64,000 bases of DNA from a virus: the IMG/VR virus record IMGVR_UViG_3300027418_000370; one strand, written 5' to 3'. The notes under the pieces are model-generated. The model did not search any database, was not told where the DNA came from, and was given only the letters and a program-made list of their open reading frames with translations. Position 1 is the stretch's first letter. Every line of letters starts with the position of its first letter. The position numbers and the translations under genes are program-made. This document shows positions 59,070 through 64,000 of the stretch, piece by piece.

Positions 59070-59082
59070 GGAAAAATACATA

Positions 59083-59090
59083 TATTTATA
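59083..59090 (+). promoter_or_regulatory. TATTTATA putative late promoter motif
   Basis: Upstream of ATG 59124. Confidence 0.6.
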
Positions 59091-59123
59091 TATAACTAAC
59101 CGGTTAAATTAAAATAACGTTAC

Positions 59124-59411
59124 ATGGAAAACCAAAAGTTGACTCAAGAAGAGTTACAGCAGATCGCTGACCTTCAAAACAAAAATCGTGCTGTCGTAAG
59201 CGAGTTCGGCGAAATCGAGCTTATCAAGCTTAGTATCGAAGCACGTGTTGAAAATGCTAAGAAATTCTTAGCTGAACTTCGCGAAGCCGAGCAGACGTTC
59301 GGTAAAGAGCTTTCTGAAAAGTACGGTGATGGAACTGTAGACTTACAATCTGGTGAGTTTGTTCCTGCTCCTGCTCAAGAGGAAGCTACTGAAGAGCCAG
59401 CTGCAGAATAA
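59124..59411 (+). CDS. Small acidic coiled-coil protein, possible fibre chaperone
   Basis: 95 aa; KLTQEELQQI...LSEKYGDGTVDLQSGEF; bounded by the motif and a terminator. Confidence 0.65.
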   Translation: MENQKLTQEELQQIADLQNKNRAVVSEFGEIELIKLSIEARVENAKKFLAELREAEQTFGKELSEKYGDGTVDLQSGEFVPAPAQEEATEEPAAE

Positions 59412-59437
59412 GCGCACAACGCACTCCAGGGAAGATT

Positions 59438-59460
59438 AAGAGGGTTTCGGCCCTCTTTTT
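59438..59460 (+). terminator. Rho-independent terminator (UUCG loop)
   Basis: AAGAGGGT-TTCG-GCCCTCTT followed by Ts. Confidence 0.85.
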
Positions 59461-59461
59461 C

Positions 59462-59469
59462 TATTTATA
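59462..59469 (+). promoter_or_regulatory. TATTTATA putative late promoter motif
   Basis: Immediately after the terminator; upstream of ATG 59488. Confidence 0.6.
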
Positions 59470-59487
59470 TAAAAATCTCACATACAC

Positions 59488-60444
59488 ATGGCTTTAGAAG
59501 ATAAAAAATCGTTATTACAGCCTAGCTCTGTACAATCCCAGCAGTATAGATTACAATACTCTGGTCTACAGGATAGAGCTAACGAAGCTGTTAAGTATAC
59601 CGCTCCTGCTGCTAATACTCCTAGAGTATCTCAGTTTGTAGGCACAGTACCATCTGTAGCATTAGCAGCACCAACACCTCAACCTGTTGGATCCTCTACT
59701 ATAGCTAAGAACTATCGAGCATCAGCTGCAGTATTAGACGGAGATACGTATCTTACTGCTTCTATTGGAAGTGATGTAGATCTTAATACGGTAACCAGCG
59801 GTTCATTAAGCCTAGTGTTTATGATTAAGCCGGATACAGTACCTACAGCACAGAAGCAGTACCTATTCCATGCTTATACCGGATCATTTGCCAGCCACTC
59901 TTTAGAAGTAACATTAAGTGGTTATAATCTAGAGATTAGAGGCACAAACGACGGTAAGTACTCAAGATACTACGCAACTATCCCTGCAACAGCCTGGGGT
60001 ACTCAAGAAAACGGGTATACTATTATTGAGATCGGTAAAAATGCTCAAACAGCTGACAGACCATCAGTACCGTTAGGCTTTGCAAGATATTACGCTAAGG
60101 TAGGTAATACTTCTTATAGCTTAATCGCAAGAGGTAACGGAATAGTTACTTCTCATGACCTATCACTAATAGACCACCTAAGCATCGGCGGTACAGCTGC
60201 AGTTGCTAACTCTAACTTCTCAGGATCGATTGCATTTGCAATGATTAAAGGAGACACTCGCTTAACAGCCGACCAATACATTGATCTAAAAGACGGAAAG
60301 AAGTTAGTAGGTTCAATTATTCCACAAGTAAGAGCTTATACTTTCGATAGTAACGGAGCTGTAGAAGATCCAGGTACATTAGCTGATGTTAACGTAACTT
60401 TAGGAGTAACTGGAAGCTATTCCACAACTACAGGATACTATTAA
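59488..60444 (+). CDS. Virion protein with probable LamG-like beta-sandwich
   Basis: LDGDTYL, SLVFMIKP, LSIGG...NFSGSIA after a P/S/Q-rich N-terminus. Confidence 0.55.
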   Translation: MALEDKKSLLQPSSVQSQQYRLQYSGLQDRANEAVKYTAPAANTPRVSQFVGTVPSVALAAPTPQPVGSSTIAKNYRASAAVLDGDTYLTASIGSDVDLNTVTSGSLSLVFMIKPDTVPTAQKQYLFHAYTGSFASHSLEVTLSGYNLEIRGTNDGKYSRYYATIPATAWGTQENGYTIIEIGKNAQTADRPSVPLGFARYYAKVGNTSYSLIARGNGIVTSHDLSLIDHLSIGGTAAVANSNFSGSIAFAMIKGDTRLTADQYIDLKDGKKLVGSIIPQVRAYTFDSNGAVEDPGTLADVNVTLGVTGSYSTTTGYY

Positions 60445-60466
60445 TTGTTTTTGCACTTCATTAACA

Positions 60467-60474
60467 TATTTATA
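60467..60474 (+). promoter_or_regulatory. TATTTATA putative late promoter motif
   Basis: Upstream of the sheath ATG at 60502. Confidence 0.6.
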
Positions 60475-60501
60475 TAAAGAATAATATAACCCTTCATAAA
60501 G

Positions 60502-62235
60502 ATGGCAGAGAGAATTTTATCACCAGGTGTATTTTCAAGAGAAAATGACCTATCTTTCATCACCCCAGCTGCTGGCGAGATCTCTACGGCTTTAGTAGGA
60601 CCTACAACTAAAGGTCCTGTTAATATTCCTACTGTAGTTAGATCTTTAGGCGAGTACCTAAATGTATTTGGCGGCACTTTCAAATCAGGTAGTGACTACT
60701 ACAACCACTTTACTACAATCGCAGCTGAAAAGTACTTCGAACAAGGAGGTTCTTCTCTCTTAGTTACTAGAGTATCTGATGATACTTTCTCTAGTGCTAC
60801 TGCTACAGTATATAGTGCTTCTGCTGCATGGTTTACCTTAAAGACTCTAAGTCAAGGTGAGATCATGAACAACAGCGGTAGCGGTACATTAGCAGGAGCT
60901 GACAATGCTCTTGTTTCTGGTTCAGCCGACAACGTAAGATGGGAAATTACTAACGTAGATGCAGCACAGGGTACTGTTTCTCTTGTTATCAGAAGAGGTG
61001 ACGACAACGAAAAGAACAAAATCGTTCTAGAGTCTTATTCTAACCTTTCTTTAGATCCTAAATCTGCTAACTACATCGCCAAAGTAATCGGCGATCAATA
61101 TAAGACAGTTAGCGGTGTTGATGGAGCTGTAACAGTAAACGGTGAGTATGCAAACTCTTCTAAATTCGTTTATGTAGATGCAGTAACATTCAAAACCCCG
61201 GACTACTTCGACAACACTGGAGCTGCTAAAGGAGCTTACTCTGCTTCATTTGAAGCGTTTGTAATCGGTAGCGGATCTGCTCACGGTACATTCGGTTCAG
61301 CAGAAGGAGTTTTATTCCAAGCCGGAGTTGCTGCAACATTTAATCAGAATATTGCTAGCGCAACAGACTCACAAGGTATCGATCCTTCTACTGCTTACGC
61401 TACAGCATTACTATCTCTTGCTAACAAAGACGAATATAAATTCAACGTACTGGTAACACCAGGTCTTACAAAAGATCTTAACTCTTCAGTAGTATCAAGC
61501 TTTATCAGCTTAGTAGAAGGAAGAGGAGATGCAATCTACGTTGTAGATGCTTATAAGTACGGAGGTTCAGTAGCCAATGCAGTATCTAGTGCTGCTGGTA
61601 TGAATAGCTCTTATGCAGCTGCTTACTGGCCATGGGTTAAAGTATCTGACAACCAGTTAGGAAAGAATACATGGGCTCCAGCTTCTGCAGTAATCGGAGG
61701 TGTTTATGCCTTCACTGATAGAGTAGGTGCTGAATGGTTCGCTCCTGCAGGTCTATTAAGAGGCGGTATTCCAGGTGTAGTAACAGCTGAAAGAAAGCTT
61801 TCTCAATCAGACAGAGACACATTATACGGAGGTAAAGTTAACCCACTTGCTACCTTCCCAGGTTCAGGTGTTGTAGCTTACGGTCAGAAGACATTACAGA
61901 CTAAAGCTTCTGCATTAGACAGAGTAAATGTTCGTAGACTTCTTATCAACCTTAAGAACTTCATCGGTGATCAAGCTAACAACTTAGTATTCGAGCAGAA
62001 CACAATCGCTACTCGTAACAGATTCTTAGCCGCCACTAACCCATATCTTGAGACTGTAGTACAGCGTCAAGGACTTTACGCTTACAGAGTTGTAATGGAT
62101 GACACCAACAACACTGCTGACGTTATCGATAGAAACCAATTAGTAGGTCAGATCTTTATCCAACCAACTAAGACTGCGGAATTCATCGTACTCGACTTCG
62201 TTGTTCAGCCAACAGGTGCAACATTTGGAGCGTAA
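60502..62235 (+). CDS. gp18: Tail sheath protein (gp18-like)
   Basis: SPGVFSRENDLS, GPTTKGP, YWPWV, WFAPAG..RG, GQKTLQ, RVNVRRLL, FEQN and PTKTAEFI. Confidence 0.96.
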   Translation: MAERILSPGVFSRENDLSFITPAAGEISTALVGPTTKGPVNIPTVVRSLGEYLNVFGGTFKSGSDYYNHFTTIAAEKYFEQGGSSLLVTRVSDDTFSSATATVYSASAAWFTLKTLSQGEIMNNSGSGTLAGADNALVSGSADNVRWEITNVDAAQGTVSLVIRRGDDNEKNKIVLESYSNLSLDPKSANYIAKVIGDQYKTVSGVDGAVTVNGEYANSSKFVYVDAVTFKTPDYFDNTGAAKGAYSASFEAFVIGSGSAHGTFGSAEGVLFQAGVAATFNQNIASATDSQGIDPSTAYATALLSLANKDEYKFNVLVTPGLTKDLNSSVVSSFISLVEGRGDAIYVVDAYKYGGSVANAVSSAAGMNSSYAAAYWPWVKVSDNQLGKNTWAPASAVIGGVYAFTDRVGAEWFAPAGLLRGGIPGVVTAERKLSQSDRDTLYGGKVNPLATFPGSGVVAYGQKTLQTKASALDRVNVRRLLINLKNFIGDQANNLVFEQNTIATRNRFLAATNPYLETVVQRQGLYAYRVVMDDTNNTADVIDRNQLVGQIFIQPTKTAEFIVLDFVVQPTGATFGA

Positions 62236-62236
62236 C

Positions 62237-62244
62237 TATTTATA
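62237..62244 (+). promoter_or_regulatory. TATTTATA putative late promoter motif
   Basis: Between sheath and tube genes. Confidence 0.6.
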
Positions 62245-62264
62245 ATAAAGTAAACTAAAGTAAC

Positions 62265-62750
62265 ATGCCAGTACTAGATCCAAACGAAATCATGTTTACC
62301 GCCTTCGAACCGAAGGTATCAAACAGATTTATCATGTACATCGATGGAATTCCATCATATATGGTTAAGAGCGTAACTTCACCTTCTTTTACTGACGGTG
62401 TTATCAAGCTTGACCACATCAACACTTACAGAAAGATCCGCGGTAAGAGAGAATGGCAGAACATGACTCTCTCATTATACGATCCAATCACACCTTCTGG
62501 TGCACAGGCTGTAATGGAGTGGGCTCGTTTAGGATATGAATCAGTAACTGGTAGAGCTGGATACTCTGATTTCTATAAGAAAGACGTAACTTTAAATATG
62601 CTAGGTCCTGTTGGAGATATCGTAGGAGAATGGATCGTTAAAGGTGCATTCGTACAATCTTCTAACTTCGGTACTTACAACTGGTCTACAGATGAAGCCA
62701 TCTCAGTTGAACTAGTATTATCAATGGACTACTGTGTATTAAACTTCTAA
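62265..62750 (+). CDS. gp19: Tail tube protein (gp19-like)
   Basis: 161 aa after the sheath; EPKVSNRF, W..MTLSLYD, VMEW, YKKD..L..L...G..V.EW..KGAF. Confidence 0.9.
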   Translation: MPVLDPNEIMFTAFEPKVSNRFIMYIDGIPSYMVKSVTSPSFTDGVIKLDHINTYRKIRGKREWQNMTLSLYDPITPSGAQAVMEWARLGYESVTGRAGYSDFYKKDVTLNMLGPVGDIVGEWIVKGAFVQSSNFGTYNWSTDEAISVELVLSMDYCVLNF

Positions 62751-62775
62751 TACCCCGCCTTGTCAACAAAGGAAA

Positions 62776-62801
62776 GCCCGGTCTTTATGGCCGGGTTTTT
62801 T
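62776..62801 (+). terminator. Rho-independent terminator
   Basis: GCCCGGTC-TTTAT-GGCCGGGT followed by a T run. Confidence 0.85.
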
Positions 62802-62810
62802 ATTTTCATA

Positions 62811-62818
62811 TATTTATA
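62811..62818 (+). promoter_or_regulatory. TATTTATA putative late promoter motif
   Basis: Upstream of ATG 62838. Confidence 0.6.
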
Positions 62819-62837
62819 TATAAAGTAATACAGTTAT

Positions 62838-63578
62838 ATGGAATCAAAATTTAAGTTACCTACTGAAACGGTTGAGCTACCGTCAAAAGGCTTACTCTAC
62901 CCAGAAGGGCACCCTTTATCCGCCGGTACAATTGAGATGAAATACATGACCGCACGGGAAGAAGACATCTTAACCAATCAGAACTATATTAGACAAGGCA
63001 CTGTCATCGATAAGCTACTACAGTCTTTAATTGTAACGGAAGTACCTTATGACGAGATCTTGATTGGAGATAAGAATGCTATTATGGTAGCAGCTAGAAT
63101 CTTATCTTACGGTAAAGACTATGATTTTGATCTAGGAAACGGTAAGCAGACTATTGACCTTACAACCTTCAATAATAAAGAGATTCAAGAAGACTTATAT
63201 AAGAGAGGTCAAAATGAATTCGAGTTTACTCTACCTCATACAGACAATACTGTAACCTTTAAGCTTTTAACTCACGGTGATGAAACTAAGATCGAACAAG
63301 AGATTAAAGGCCTTCAGAAGATCAATAAAGATAATATTGCCGAAGCTACTACTCGATTAAAGTATATTATCACATCTATCAACGGATCAAGAGAGAAGAA
63401 GGATGTTAGAGAGTTTGTTGACTACGGACTATTAGCTCGTGATGCTAGAGCATTAAGAGAATACTACACTAAAGTATCTCCAGATCTAGATATGACTTAT
63501 AACTACACAGACTTAGACGGTGCAGAGAGGGAGGCTGCCCTTCCAATTACTGTTAGCTTTTTTTGGCCTGACGCCTGA
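62838..63578 (+). CDS. T4 gp26-like baseplate hub assembly protein / tail assembly chaperone
   Basis: VELPSKG, MTAREEDIL, GDKNAIMVAARILSYG; ends FFWP. Sits between the tube gene and the probable tape measure gene. Confidence 0.75.
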   Translation: MESKFKLPTETVELPSKGLLYPEGHPLSAGTIEMKYMTAREEDILTNQNYIRQGTVIDKLLQSLIVTEVPYDEILIGDKNAIMVAARILSYGKDYDFDLGNGKQTIDLTTFNNKEIQEDLYKRGQNEFEFTLPHTDNTVTFKLLTHGDETKIEQEIKGLQKINKDNIAEATTRLKYIITSINGSREKKDVREFVDYGLLARDARALREYYTKVSPDLDMTYNYTDLDGAEREAALPITVSFFWPDA

Positions 63579-63840
63579 GTATAGAACTCTACTGTATCAA
63601 CAGATACACGACATAGTCTTTCACGGTAAAGGAGGGTATGATTGGCAGACAGTCTACAATATGCCAATATGGCTACGTAGATTCACCTTTCAATCAATCA
63701 GAGACTTCTACGAGAAAGAAGCAGAAGCACAAAAAGAAGCTATGGATAAAGCAACCGGAGTACAGCAAGCAGCACCAAGCAATACTGTACAGATTCCGGA
63801 TGCAGTAAAAAAAGCAACATACACTACTAAAAAACAGTAG
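63520..63840 (+). CDS. gp51-like chaperone segment, probably expressed by frameshift from the upstream ORF
   Basis: LYQQIHDIVFHG..YDWQTVYNMPIWLRRF. Lies in the +1 frame and overlaps a T7 run at 63558..63564; the listed ATG start is doubtful. Confidence 0.65.
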   Translation: MQRGRLPFQLLLAFFGLTPEYRTLLYQQIHDIVFHGKGGYDWQTVYNMPIWLRRFTFQSIRDFYEKEAEAQKEAMDKATGVQQAAPSNTVQIPDAVKKATYTTKKQ

Positions 63841-63845
63841 TAATC

Positions 63846-63853
63846 TATTTATT
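63846..63853 (+). promoter_or_regulatory. TATTTATT variant of the putative late motif
   Basis: Upstream of ATG 63870. Confidence 0.5.
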
Positions 63854-63869
63854 AGTATAGCACTACTGT

Positions 63870-64000
63870 ATGGCAGAAGATAATTTAAACTTAGAAGGTA
63901 ATATTGAGAGAGCCGAGGAACTGAAAATGTCCTTTGGCTCTATTAATAATGCTGTTAATGAACTTAACAGAGCATTAAGACGTACCGGTGAAGATACTGC
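63870..64000 (+). CDS. Start of probable tape measure protein (truncated by window end)
   Basis: Open frame MAEDNLNLEGNIERAEELKMSFGSINNAVNELNRALRRTGEDT..., helical-looking. The call rests on position after tube and chaperone genes. Confidence 0.5.
   Translation, partial: MAEDNLNLEGNIERAEELKMSFGSINNAVNELNRALRRTGEDT

Noticed and set aside
358-60683. Many minus-strand and nested ORFs in the track (e.g. 9295..9588, 22226..22609, 39099..39554, 60441..60683, 2751..2987)
   Set aside because: All overlap long, well-supported + strand genes and have no recognisable motifs. They are shadow ORFs favoured by repetitive S/T/G/A codons.
63520-63557. ATG 63520 as the true start of the gp51-like gene
   Set aside because: It lies well inside the upstream gene, has no motif of its own, and the plausible protein sequence begins at the T7 run. 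A frameshift is preferred, although independent initiation is not excluded.
1588-63853. Canonical T4 late promoters (TATAAATA) driving minus-strand genes
   Set aside because: No credible minus-strand genes exist, and motif spacing tracks + strand start codons. Antisense transcription cannot be excluded without data.
1-64000. Stop-codon reassignment as seen in some Bacteroidota phages
   Set aside because: Coding density is near complete with the standard code. TAG (3848, 54552, 63838), TGA and TAA all end genes at sensible boundaries.

Overview
This window is the virion morphogenesis region of a large contractile-tailed (myovirus) phage whose core proteins belong to T4-like families. All credible genes are on the + strand and read in the standard genetic code. 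The order is: putative head-internal proteins, a spanin-like pair, TerL, portal, prohead core proteins, prohead protease, an Hc1-like DNA-binding protein, scaffold, major capsid protein, PhoH, neck proteins (gp13/gp14-like) and tail terminator (gp15-like). About 44 kb of fibre/adhesin genes follow (610, 2011, 1613, 2869, 561 and 3880 aa fibres plus seven LamG-type proteins). The window ends with tail sheath, tail tube, a gp26-like/gp51-like pair and the start of a probable tape measure gene. A Bacteroidota host is inferred from the lack of Shine-Dalgarno sites, a Q-rule signal peptide and the Hc1-like gene. The most notable signals are: (1) a [ST]-[GA]-S tripeptide heavily enriched in predicted surface parts of unrelated virion proteins, a candidate modification sequon; (2) a TATTTAT(A/T) motif, the reverse complement of the T4 late promoter, upstream of 16 genes; (3) a T7 slippery run that could fuse the two tail assembly chaperone ORFs by a +1/-2 frameshift; and (4) a mosaic fibre/lectin toolkit built from shared modules. 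All assignments come from motif recognition by eye; no database searches were run.
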